Source of the DNA: Somniosus microcephalus
Lineage: Eukaryota
Length of the DNA stretch: 64,000 bases
NCBI GenBank assembly: GCA_052327205.1
Contig: JBMRGM010000036.1
Span: forward strand, 33,046,001-33,110,000
Direction of reading: 5' to 3'
Part shown: one piece after another, positions 51,401-63,800 of the stretch
How positions within the stretch are numbered: the stretch's first letter is position 1
Layout of the letters: the number at the start of each line of letters is the position of its first letter
Position numbers and translations under genes: made by a program
The notes under the pieces: generated by a model
Databases searched by the model: none
Seen by the model: the letters and a program-made list of their open reading frames with translations, nothing else
Told to the model about the DNA's origin: nothing

Positions 51401-51596
51401 ATTGAAGATTAAAGAACAAATGAATTTACCAGAGGTATATCTCAGAGGAGCGCTTATGCTTTCTTTGACATCGGACTCAATTTCAGCGTCACTATTGAGA
51501 ACTGCTTATATCGTTGGGTTGCACGGAATACAATTAATCTAACTCTGACTCATGACTCATTTAACGCAATGAGATTCCACCATATTTGTTGCATAC

Positions 51597-51757
51597 CTCA
51601 TGATCTGTTTCAGTAAACACTTTTACATCAAAAAGTTTCCGACTGACAGCCTCCACGAATTCTTCAATTGAATGTTCTATTCCCTGACGGTAGAACCCGA
51701 TAATTTTCCGCAGCTGGATATCCGTGTAGCTGTTCAGCATCAGTAAGCTTTTAGCAT
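51597..51757 (-). CDS. Exon A, older cluster
   Basis: aattcag|AT...GAG|gtatgc; 161 nt open: DAKSLLMLNSYTDIQLRKIIGFYRQGIEHSIEEFVEAVSRKLFDVKVFTETDHE. Confidence 0.75.
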
Positions 51758-51943
51758 CTGAATTTAAAATCAGGAAGTAAATGAGAACAGATTAAAATAA
51801 TGTGCCCGCTATAAAACAATTAATACTCTGGACCAACTGATATAGCAACAGCGTTTCTTAAAGCCTTTCATGTAGTGATGCCGCCATTGGTGCCTCACAG
51901 AGGAAGAATTAAGATTTAATGCTATATTTTTTGGAATAGTTAG

Positions 51944-53385
51944 AACACATCCAGCTTCTCCAATCAATCCAAATAACCAAAGTCGCTTATCCCTGGATCC
52001 TTTCTTGTAAATCTTTTCTGGACTCTCTCTAATGCCTTCACATTCTTCCTAAAGTGCGGTACCTGATTGGGACACAATAAAACATTTGAGGTCGAGGAAG
52101 TGTTTAATAAATGTTCATTATTGCTTCCTTCCTGTTGACCTCTATTTCTCTATTTATGCAGCACCGCCTCTCATAAGCTTTTTAAGCTCTTTCTCAAACT
52201 GCCCTGATATCTTCAAGGCTTTGTGTATGTGTAGACCCAGGTCTCTCTGCTCATGCAGCTCGCTTACAATTGTACCCTTTATTTTCTATTGCTTCTCATC
52301 GTTCTTCCTTCCAAAACGTATCAGTTCGCACGTTTCTCCGTTAAATTCCTCCTACCACGTGTCCGCCCTGTCCACCAACCTGACTGTGTCCTCTTGAAGT
52401 GTATCACTTTTATTTTCCCTTTTCACTCTACTTCCAAATAACTTGTGATCTGCACATTTGGAATTTGTTCCCGGTGCACCCAAGTCCAAATTATAACTAT
52501 ATGTCCAAAAAGGCAGTGGTCCTAGTACTTACCCAAGGGGAACACCTTCCTCCTGTCCTAAAAACAACCGTTCCCCAATACTATCTGTTTCCTGTCACTT
52601 AGCCAATTTCGTATCGATTCTGCCACTGTCCGTTTTATTCCATGTGTTTCAACTTTGCTGTCAAGCCTATTAAGTGGCACTTTAACAAACGACTGTTTAA
52701 ATCCTTGTAAACTGCATCGACCACATTGCCCGCACCACCCAACCCTCTTTGTTACTGCAGCAGAAATATCAATCAAATTAGTTAAACATGATTTGCCTTT
52801 GAAATATCTGTGCTTACTTTCCTTAATCAATCCACAACTGTCCAAGTGACTGTTAATTTTGTCCCGATTTATCGTTTCTAAAAGCTTTCCCATTACCAAC
52901 GTTAAAATGACTGGTGTGTAATTGCTGAATGTAACCTTACACCATCTTTTGAACAAGGGTGCAACATTTACAAGATCCAATCCTCTGGCACCACCCGCAT
53001 ATCTAAGGATGATTGGAAGATTATGGCCAGTACCTGCACAATTTCCAACCTTATCTCCCTCAGCATCCTAGGATTCATCTAAACAGGTCAGCCAGCCTTT
53101 CTATCAATTTTTATCCAATCCAGCATTGCAACTGTCTCCTTTTCCCTATGATGTCGGCAAAATCTTCTTCTTTTGTTAAGTCAGATGCAAAGTCCTCAAT
53201 TATTACCTCAGCCATACACGCTGCCTCCATTCGTCGTCTCCTTTTTCGTCCCTAGTCGCCAACAGCCCTTCTCTTACTACCTGTTTATTATTTATGTGCC
53301 TTCGAAGACTTTTATATTCCCTTTAAAGTTAACTGTCAGTCTATTCTCTCACTCTCTCTTTTTCACTTCCCCTCTGAAATTTATA
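51944..53385 (-). mobile_element. Decayed CR1 (shared ancestral insertion)
   Basis: NVAPLFKR..NYTPVILTLVMGKLLETINRDKINSHL...GKSCLTNL...IRNWLSDRKQ. Confidence 0.85.
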
Positions 53386-53668
53386 AGTTCATGTGAGATA
53401 CCACCCATTTTTCGGCGAAGCCATACTACAGGCGCTATCACACCGATCGCCTATTGCACAATGCGCCCGAATAACATTGAATAGAACTGAATACCGGGCG
53501 TGTTTTTTAACGGTGAACAAATGTGAAGCACCCTGTTTTGTTTACACGCCCATAGAGAATTTCATCCTCACAGACTAACTTAATATATGATCCTCGCCAT
53601 TAATAAAGAACGTTGTTACTCTGACAGTAAACACGATATTTTGCAAGTTAGATTTGGACACCACGCAC

Positions 53669-53867
53669 CATTCAGGTCATCTTGTATCTCTGTACCATTG
53701 TTCTGTATCTCTGTCAATGTTGCTTTCAGCTTGGGTTCTGTATCCTGCCGTTGAAGAAATGTGTTCCACATTGTTCTTACTGTCCGAGCTCCCTTTTCTA
53801 CCACGGTATTGACAAGGTGTCGTGAAGCATCGCTTCTGTGCTGTTTATCAACAAGGGTTCTGATTCT
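53669..53867 (-). CDS. Exon B, older cluster
   Basis: tcttttag|AGAATC...AATG|gtgcgt; 199 nt open: RIRTLVDKQHRSDASRHLVNTVVEKGARTVRTMWNTFLQRQDTEPKLKATLTEIQNNGTEIQDDLN. Confidence 0.75.
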
Positions 53868-56800
53868 CTAAAAGAAATGCCATCACATTGAGCCAAGTAA
53901 CACAATGATCAGATAAGATACTTCTTTTCTCTTTCTCCATCTCTTTATGAGATGAATGATTAGAAAATCTCACAATCGGGTGACCAGAATCTTGGTCAAC
54001 GTGGTAAGATATAAGAAGCTTCTTAAAGGAGAGGATTAGAGAATAAATTTCAGAGCTCAGGGCCGAGGCCGCTAAAGGTACTTCTACTAATGGTGAAGCG
54101 AAGAAAATCGGGGAAGTGCAAGTGCCCAGAATATGGATGAACAAAGAGATCACGGCGAGTTGCAGAGATAGAGCGGAGCATCGTTGAGCCATCCTGGGTA
54201 ATTCTAAATTCTCAGCTAATAGATGGAAAAGGATAAACTGCTGAATGAAAGGGGGCAAGTTAAGTTTGTAGAAATAGGATTCGACCAAACTCAAGCATTA
54301 TTGGTTATTAGTAACAATAATACTTTGGAAAACTCGCAACGTGGTTTCAGAAAAGCAAACTGCAGAAATTGAAAAACACAAAAATGCGTGTGAATTTTTT
54401 GTTGGCCCGTAGCATTAACGGGGCTCAAAGAAAATTGGTGGCCCACTTTTTGCCTCATCCGATTTTCATCCTAGTTACTTCAATGAGCCTGTCATTCATT
54501 CCAAGTATCACCTTCATTCATCGCAGCAGTAGCAAAAGCTTATCAGTCACTTCGTCATGCTCTATATGAACCATGTAGCTTTCATCTCTAAACAGCTCTG
54601 CCCTTTGATTAACTGTTTTTTTAGGATTTCATGAAATATGATAATTGTCTCTAATTCTGACACCTGCCACTCATTCGTTTCATACAATTTGAACGTTTTC
54701 GCTTCTATTTTATGTTATCCATGTTCCCTTGATTTGTTTTACATAATCAGCCTTACTACCCTATATTTATTTTAAAATCACATATTATTTATTTTCTGTG
54801 CAAAGCCAAGCAATTATCCTTTATTCTCGTGTAATTTCTGTATCTTCTATGGCAATCTTCTCCTATTTGGCATATTCTTATTGCTTCTCCGCAGCTTTCT
54901 CTGCTCATTAACTTGCAATATATTTGGGCTAGCATTTTAGTTTCGCTAATATTATCCCATTATTTTTTATGATTCATATGAATCCTAATGATATAAAATT
55001 TTCCTGGCTATTCCACTACCTTTAGATCACCTACTAATCCCTCCGCTTTTCTAGAAATTTATCCAATACTCATTCCTTCCAAGTTTCCTAAAACCATACC
55101 AATCTAAACCACGTATCGGACAGGCTACAAATGTCTTGCCCTTTCTCCCACAATTAGGTTGCTTCTATCCTTTGGATATTTAAAGTCACCAACAACTGTC
55201 TTTCCATTATTGCTGCACTTTCTCAATGTTTCTGTATTTCTCTGCTTCTATCCTTCCCCACGATTAGATGTATGATAAAACTCCTTTAATATTCTGTAAA
55301 ATCAAACATATAGATTAATTTTGCGAAGCTTTCCTTATATCAGTCCTGAGTTCCCGTGCTGAATTGAATCTTTTAATAATACCTTCTCCCTCCTAATCCT
55401 GTCCTTACCTAAGCCAGATAAGCTATATACGTCCGTACATCATAATTTATACCATATCACCAGACAATCTGTGCCTTCAACTAACCAACTATATTCGGAA
55501 CACGTTGCATAGGCATGTGCTACGTAAAGGTAGGAGATATTCGGAAAAGCGAGCATGTGGACATAATAGATGGTTCCAGAGTTTTTTTTATGGAATGGGT
55601 AATTCTGTTAGCCTTGACGTCAGAGGATGATGACTGAGGAGAGGCCAGTATTAGTGACGACACTGAGCAGTGAACCGAAGGAGGGGCATGACCTGAGCTG
55701 GCCAGGAATCAAGGCAGTAGTTGGCATTTCACATAGATTGGATGAATGTTGCGAGTCCTCGGTGATGCGTGAGATAATGCAGATTGTGAGTGGTTAGATA
55801 TTAACAAAGTATTTATTTTGATGTAAAAATTGTGGCAGGGAATGTATTAGAAAGGCAGAGAGAGGCCGCCATGCTGTGGAGTGCAAAGCAGCAGAGAAAT
55901 CGAAGCAAAGATTTTGATACGTTCACTACACATTTCCAAAGGTCCGAGCCACCGTTAATGGTGCAAACCAATCAGATGGTTCACTGGAGAAAGAGCGCTC
56001 CTTTGATAGAGAATGGACGGAAACTCACGGCCTTTAATTCCAACAGCTTAGCTTTTAAACATCAGTTAATCTCTTCATGTGATATTAGAAGTACGTCGCT
56101 AATACAAGTTTTATCTTTCTCCAAGTTTTCCACTGGCGCTATGCTGAGGGCGCATGATGTTAGTTCTGCAAGTTATGTCTTAGTAAATTATTAATTTCGA
56201 TTAGTCTGGGTTTGGCCCGTGCAATCCTGCAATTCGGGGTAATTGATCAATTGATATGTCGCCCTCTATGTGCGCTTTCAGAAACTTGAGTAAATCCATC
56301 CCCTGCAGAAATGCGGCCATTGGAATTACCTTAACAGCCGCACATTTCACAGTGAATTCAAAAAGCTGGTTTTAGTTCCCTCCTCCAGGATGTTGATGGT
56401 GTCGGATTCGCCGATAATAATTCCATTAAATATCAGGGAGAGATGATGTGACTCTCTGTTGGTGGAGATGGTCATTGCCTGGAACTTGAGTTGCACGAAT
56501 GTTACTTGTCACATATCCAGCCAAACCTGGATATTGTCCAGGTCCAGCTTCATATGGGAATGGCCTACTTCATTACTGGAGGAATTGCAAATGGAGCTGA
56601 TCACTGCACAATCATCAGTGACTAGCCCCAATTCTGACCTCATGAGTGATGCCCATTGAAGTATCACTTAACGATTGTTGTGACTCGGACGCTGCCATGA
56701 AGCAAATATTTTTAAACCATGAGATGCTTTTCACTCGTTATTAATGCAATAATTGAAGATTGAAGAACAAGTTATGTTACCAGAGATATATCTCAGAGGA

Positions 56801-56952
56801 GCACTTAAAATGTTGTTTTCCTTTACATTTGACTTAATTTCAGAATCACTATTGAGTACTGATTATATCGAAAGGTTGCACGGAAGACAGTTAGTCTAAC
56901 TTTGACTCATGACTCATTTAACACTAGCGATTCCAGCATAATTGTTGCGTAC

Positions 56953-57113
56953 CTCATGATCTGCTTCAGTAATCAATTTTACATCAAAAAGTGTCTGACT
57001 AACTTCCTCCACGAATTCTTCAATTGAATGTTGTAGTTTCTGACTGTAGAGCCCGATAATTCTCCGCAGCTGGTTATCCGTGTAGCTCTTCAGCATCAAT
57101 AATGGTTTAGTAT
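56953..57113 (-). CDS. Exon A, older cluster
   Basis: aattcag|AT...GAG|gtacgc; 161 nt open: DTKPLLMLKSYTDNQLRRIIGLYSQKLQHSIEEFVEEVSQTLFDVKLITEADHE. Confidence 0.75.
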
Positions 57114-58134
57114 CTGAATTTACTGTCAAGGTGTAAATGAGAACAGATTAATATACTGTGCCCGCTATAAAACAATGAATAATCCGGACCAAATGATCTA
57201 GCAACAGACTTTATTAAAACCTTTCAACAGTGATACCGCCAGTGGCTCCTCAGAGAGGAGGAATTAATAATTAATGCTCTCTTTTTGATGTAGTTAGGAG
57301 GAACGACCCAGTATTTGCAATATTCGGAGGCTGGTTAATGTAAGTAAGAATTAGAAAGAGGTGGGCCCTTTGGAACGGAGTCAGTGGGATTGACATCATT
57401 GCATGGAGTGCGGAGCAGAAGAACCGATACACTGGAGACCACAGTGAGAGAGAGGTGTGTAACTGAGGGGATGTTAAGAAGAATGTAGGGATCAGAAGGA
57501 ATACAGGAAAATGTGTAATTCATTTCACACATGATCAATTTGGGATAAGAAGTGAATGTAATTCATTGACCAAGTTGTTCACGGAACTGAGGGTGAATTT
57601 GAATTCAAGAAATTGAGTTGTGGTCAAGATGGAGTTCATGATGGGCTAGACCCAAAGGTTGTTGGAGGAATCGAGTCTAAAGCTCACAAAAGCATGGATA
57701 AAGTACCAGCAGATATTCTAATTGGATTGCATTTCCAGAAAAAATACCCTATAATTGTTCCTGACGGTGATCTGAGACTACAGATTAGATTTAGTGCCTT
57801 GGAATCAGCAGATGCTGTTGAATAATTAGACATATTCTTAACTTTCACATGCTTGCCTGAATAGCTAATAAATAGCATAGAGGTTAATAGTATGAAACAG
57901 TAAATAACACTTAATTCGTGCTTCCATTTTCCATCTTTATTTTAAGGAAAACTATATTGTGAATCAGAAACTGACAAATGGAAATATTTTGAAGCCAACA
58001 GGTAGTCAAACTAAACTTTATGGATATCAATACACCGAGTACAGGAAACAAAACTTTGGGAAAAGAGATTTCATTATAAATAGAAAATAATCACACAAAG
58101 ACAAGTACTTTAGCTTAGACATGACTGCAGCTAA

Positions 58135-60405
58135 TACAGTTCCACAAGCACATCTCATCTCAACCTTTTCTGCTCTAAGGAGAATAGAATCAGCTTCTTC
58201 AGTCAATCCACATAACCAAATCCCTCATCCCTGGAACCAATCTTGTCAATTTTTTCTGCACCCTCTCTAATGCCTTCATATTATTCCTAAAGTGCCGTGC
58301 CCAGTATTGGACACAATACTCCAGTTGAGGTCGAGGCAGTGTTTAAAAAAAAGTCATTATATCTTCCTTGCTTTTGTACTCTATCACTCTATTTATGAAA
58401 CCAGTCCCCTGTAAGCTTTTTAACCACTTTCTCAACCAGCACTGATACATTCAACGATTTGCGCACATGTACCACCAGGTCTCTCTGATCATGCAGCCCG
58501 TTTATCATTGAACCCTTTATTTTATATTGCCTCTCCTCGGTCTTACAATCAAAATATATTGGCCCAGAAATTCCCATCGGAGGTGAAAGCTCCCGGCCTG
58601 CACAAACGAACTGCACCGATCGTAATGATCTGAGCCGGCGTACAGTTCTGCTCATGCGCCTCCTCAAACTGCCCGACACGTATCCCAGGGGCGCAACCAG
58701 TTTGCAGCGTCCCTGAGATCACATGGGCCATGGGGAGCCATTCGGAGCAGGGAATCTCCATTCATAAATTTGACAGGAAGACCTGTCAAATCTATGAATA
58801 GAGATCAGTCCTAAAACATAAGTAAAACTTCAAATAAATTAAAAAGAAAAATTACATTTTTAAAATGACTATAAATTACATAAATTAACTATTTTAAACA
58901 AAAATGTAAATTTTTCAAAAAAATAATTAAAGTATTTATCAGGGCTAACAATAAACGTACCTTTCTTTAAAGTATTTCACAATGATAAATCTGTGGAAAA
59001 ACATTTTTTTTACTTTCTTAAACTATTAACCTGCTAAAAGCAGGCCTTGCACCTGCATTTCTAGGCGCAGCTGTTCCCGACTTACCTGGACTCAAGCCAG
59101 TCTGAAAAAAACGGAATTTTGATATGTACGCGCTGCCTATCTGGCACAGGCGTTTGTCCTACAAGCCCGTTCTGCAGAGAACGGAAGAGCCGGTTTCCAG
59201 CGCATGCGCAGTGCAAGCGTAAAACCAGCACTTCCTTTGGCCCTATGGTTGAGTACATAGTACTTACACACCCGTAGGGAACGGAATTTCTATGCCATCA
59301 AACCGCACGCTTCTGCATTAAATTTCATCTGCCAGGTGTCCGCCCATTCCACCAGCCTTTCTATGTCCTCTTGAAGTCTATCAATTTTCTTTCCACTATT
59401 CACTATACTTCCAAGTATTGTGTGATGTGAAAATGTTGCAATTGTGCACGGTACACCCATGTCCAAATCATAACTATATATCCAGAAAAGCAGTGGCCCT
59501 AGTACCGACCCCAGGGGAAAACCTTCTTCCAAACCTCAAAAGAACCGTTCCCCAGTACTATCTGTTTCCTGTCGCTCAGCCAATTTCATATCGATGCTGC
59601 CATTGTTCCTTTCAGTCAATAGGTTTCAACTTTGCTCTTTCGTCTATTAAGTGGCACCTTATCAAACGTCTTTTGGAAGTCCATGTGCACCACATCAACC
59701 GCATTGCTCACCAGTCCTTACACCACCCACTCTCTTATCGCATGAGCAAAATTAATCAAGTTAGTTAAACATGATTTGCCTTTGAAACAACTGTGCTTAC
59801 TTTCCTTAATCAAACCACAACTGTCCAAGTGACTGATAATTTGTCCCGATTTATCCTATCTAAAATCTTCCCCATTATCGAGGTAAAACTGACTGGTCTG
59901 TAGTTGTTGGGTTTTTCCTTAGAGCCTCTTTTGAACAGGGGTGTAACATTTGCAATGTTCCAGTCCTCTGGCACCACCCCCGTATCTAAGGAAGCTGGGA
60001 AGATTATGTCCAGTAACTCCTCAATTTTCACCCTTACCTCCCTCACCATCGCAGGATTCATCCCATCCGGTCAGCCAGCCTTTATGTACCTCCTCTATAT
60101 CAATTTTTAACCAATCCAGTATTGCAACAACCCCCTCTTTCACTACGACGTTGACAACATCTTCTTCCTTGGTAAATTCAGATGCAGAATTCACATTTAG
60201 TACCTCAGCCATGCCATCTGCCTGCATGAGTACGTCTCCTTTTCAGTCAGTTTTCAGCCCCACCCCGTCTCTTACTGCCTGTTTATTATTTACATGCATA
60301 TAGAAGACTTTTGGATTCCCTTTGATGTTAGTTGCCAATCAATTCTCATCCTCTCTCTTTGCCCCTCGTATATCATTTTTCACTTCGCCTCCCAAATTTC
60401 TATGT
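58135..60405 (-). mobile_element. Decayed CR1 (shared ancestral insertion) interrupted by a MITE
   Basis: GFPLGSVLGPLLF, LQEDIERLVEWADTWQMKFNAE, VVPEDWNIANVTPLFKRG. Confidence 0.85.
58561..59296. mobile_element. MITE-like element with 14-bp terminal inverted repeats (left-truncated copy at ~40083-40590)
   Basis: GGCCCAGAAATTCC ... GGAATTTCTATGCC (12/14 inverted match); AT-rich centre; CR1 sequence resumes on both sides. Confidence 0.7.
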
Positions 60406-60684
60406 TCAGATGCAATATCGCCCGTTTTCGAAGAAGCCATACTACAGGACCTATTGCCTCGATCGCCTGTTATACACTGCGCCTGAATAACCTTGAATAG
60501 ATCTAAATACTGGGCGTGTTTTATAACGGTCGCCAAATGCGAAGCCGCCTGTTTTGTTTACCCGTCCATTTCGAATGTTATCCTCACAGACAAACTTAAA
60601 ATAAGGTCCTGCCGATAGATAATGAACGTTGTTACTCTGACCGTAAACACAATCTTTTGCAAGTTAGAGTTGAATACCACATAC

Positions 60685-60883
60685 CTTCCAGGTTATTTTC
60701 TAACCATGTATCTCTATTCTGTATCTCTAAAATTATCTCTTTCAGCTGGGGTTTGGTGTTCTGCAGTTGAAGAAATATGTTCCAGATTGTTCTTGCTCCA
60801 CGAGCTCTCTTTTCCAGCACAATATTGAAAATGTGTCTGGAAGCGTCGTATCTGCGCTGACTTTCAGCTGTAGATCTGATTGT
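60685..60883 (-). CDS. Exon B, older cluster (its exon A partner is expected to end at ~64003, just outside the window)
   Basis: ttttttag|ACAATC...GAAG|gtatgt; 199 nt open: TIRSTAESQRRYDASRHIFNIVLEKRARGARTIWNIFLQLQNTKPQLKEIILEIQNRDTWLENNLE. The window ends in ...tttgttgcat, the intron flank of the exon A donor. Confidence 0.75.
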
Positions 60884-63800
60884 CTAAAAAAAATTGCAAT
60901 CATATTGAGCCAAGTAACACAAGAATCAGATAATAAACGTTTTTTCTCTTTCTCCCTCTATTTATGAGATGAATGAATAGAATATTTCATAACCGGATCA
61001 GCAGAAGCTTGTTCAAAGTGATAAGATTTAACGAGCTTCTTAAAGGAGAGGTTCGGCGAAGGAATTTCAGAGCTCAGGGCCGAGGCAGCTGAAGGCTCTG
61101 CTGTCAATGGTGAGGCGAAGAAAATCGGGGATCAGCAAATGCCCAGGATTGAAAGAGCACAGAGATCACGGAGAGTTGCAGAGAAAGAGATGAGCATCGT
61201 TGAGCCATCCAGGGAAACTCTAAATTCTCACCAACAGATGGAAAATCATAAAGTGCTGAATAAAAGGGGGAAAGTTAAGATTGCAGTAATAGGATTCGAC
61301 CAAAATCAAGCATTATTGGTTGTCAGTTACAGTACTTTTCCTTAAGCTCACAAAGTGGTTTCACAAACACAAATTGCCGAAATTGAAAGACATAAAAATG
61401 TGCGTGATTTTTTTGTTGGCCAGTAGCACGAAAGGGGCTGATAGATAATCGGTGGCCCACTTTATGCCGCATCAGATTATCAGTCAATTTACTTCAGTGA
61501 TCCTTTCATTCAATCCAAGTATCACCTTCATTCATTGAAACAGTCGCAAACGCTTATCAGTCGGTTCTCCATGCACTTTATGAATCTTGTAGTTTATATC
61601 TCTAAACAGCTCTGTACTTTGATAAACTGTTTTTGAGGAGATTATGCAACATAATATGATAATTTACTCTAATTTTGACACCTGCCACTCATTCGTTTCA
61701 TAGATTTTGAATGATTTCGCTTCTATTTTATATTCTCTATTTTTCCTTCATTTGTTTTTCTGTATCAGCCCTAATACCCTTTGTGTATTTTAAAATTTCA
61801 TTTTTCGGTCATTTTCTATGATCGTCCAGGTAAATCTAGGTTGTACAGCACCTCTTTTATGCTGGTCTAATTTCTGTATCTTCTTTGGCACTCTTCTCCT
61901 ATTTGGCAGATTCTTATTGTTTTTCCGCTGCATTTTGTGCTCGTTCACGTGCCAATATATTTCGGCTGTATTTTACTAGCATTAAAATTGGTTTTACTCC
62001 TGTAAAATGAATATTACTTTAATTATCCGTTATCTTCTACGATTCATATGTATCCTAATGATATCATATTTTCCTGGATGTTAGATTACCACTAGATCAC
62101 CTACTAGTCCATCCCCGTTTCTAGAAATGGATCCAATACTCATTCCTGTCTTGTTTTCCTAAAACCACACCAATCTAAACAACGTATCGTACAGGCTGCG
62201 AATGACATGCCGTTTCTCCAACACTTATGTTATTTTAATCCTTTGGATATTTAATGTCGCCAATATTCATGTTACTGTTATTGCTGCTGTTTCTCATTTT
62301 TGCTTTATTGATCTTCTTCTATCCTTTTCCCACTATTCAATGCATTAAAATACTCCTTTATTATTCTGAAACCCCAAACTTATGGATTAGTTTGGCGGAG
62401 CATTGTTTATATCAGTCATGAGTTCCCGTGCTGCAAATGTATCTTTTAATAATACCTTTTTCCCCCTAATCCTCTCCTTTCCTAAGCCAGATAAGCTGTT
62501 AATATCTGTACATCATAATTTATAGCATATCCCAACACAATCTTTGCCTTCAACTAATCAGTTATATTCACATTGCATTGTGTCTGCATGGGTTCGGTAA
62601 TTGTCGTATATATTCGGAAAAGCGAGCAGGTGGATATTGAAGATGAGTTCAGTGATTCTTTTTATCGAATGGGTCATTATGGCGGTCTTGACGTCAGAGG
62701 ACGATGACTGAGGAGAGGCCAGTATACTCAGCAGTGAGCCAAAGAATGGGCATGACATGAGCTGGTCTGGAATCAAAGCATTGGTAGCATGTCTCATAGA
62801 CTGGATGAATATTGCGAGTCCTTGGTGATACGTGAGATAATGCAGATTGTGTGAGGTTAGAAATTAAGAAAGTGTTTATTTCGATGTAAAATTGTGGCCG
62901 GGAACGTATTATAAAGGCAGAGAGAGGCAGTCATGCTGTGAAGTGCAAAGGAGCAGTGGAATCGAAGCAACGATTTAGATAATTTCTCTAAAAAACTCTA
63001 GAGATCCGAGCCACAGGCATTGGCTAAAACCAATCAGATGTTTCACTTGAGAAACAGGGCGCCTTTGATAGAGAATGGACGGAAACTCAGGACTTTTAAT
63101 TCCGACAGATTAGCTTTTAAATGTCAGTTAAGTTCCTCATCTGATATTTGAGGTATGTCGCTATTACACGTTTCATCTGCCTCCAGGTCTTCCAGTGGGG
63201 CTATGCTGAGGACCTATGATGGTAGTGCTGCTAGTGGTGTCTCATTAAATTATTAATTTCGATTAGTCTGCGTTGGACCGTGCAATCCTGTAATTTGGGG
63301 TAAATGATTAATTGAATGGATGCTCTCTTTGTCCGCTTTCAGAAACTGCAGCAAATCCATCCCCTGCAGAAATGCGGTCATTGAATTTCCTTAAAAGCCG
63401 CACATTTCAAAGTGAATTCACAGAGCTGGTTTGAGTCCTGTCCTCCAGGATTTTTTGGTGGCCGCTTCGCCGTGTAAATATCAGGGAGAGATGACGTGAC
63501 CCTCTCTTGGTGGAGATGGTCATTGCCTGGAACTTGAGTTGCGCACATGTCACCTGTCACTTATCTGGCCAAACCTGGATGTTGTCCAGGTCTAGCTTCA
63601 TATCGGGATGGACTACTTCATTTTCGGAGGAATTGCGGATGGAGCTTTACACTGTGCAATCATCAGTGACTTGCCTCAATTCTGACCTCGTGAGTGATGG
63701 CCATTGAAGAAGCACTTAACGAGAGTTGGTACGCTGACGCTGCCATGAAACAAAGATAGTAAAACCATGAGACTCTGTTCTCTCATTATTTAATGCATTA

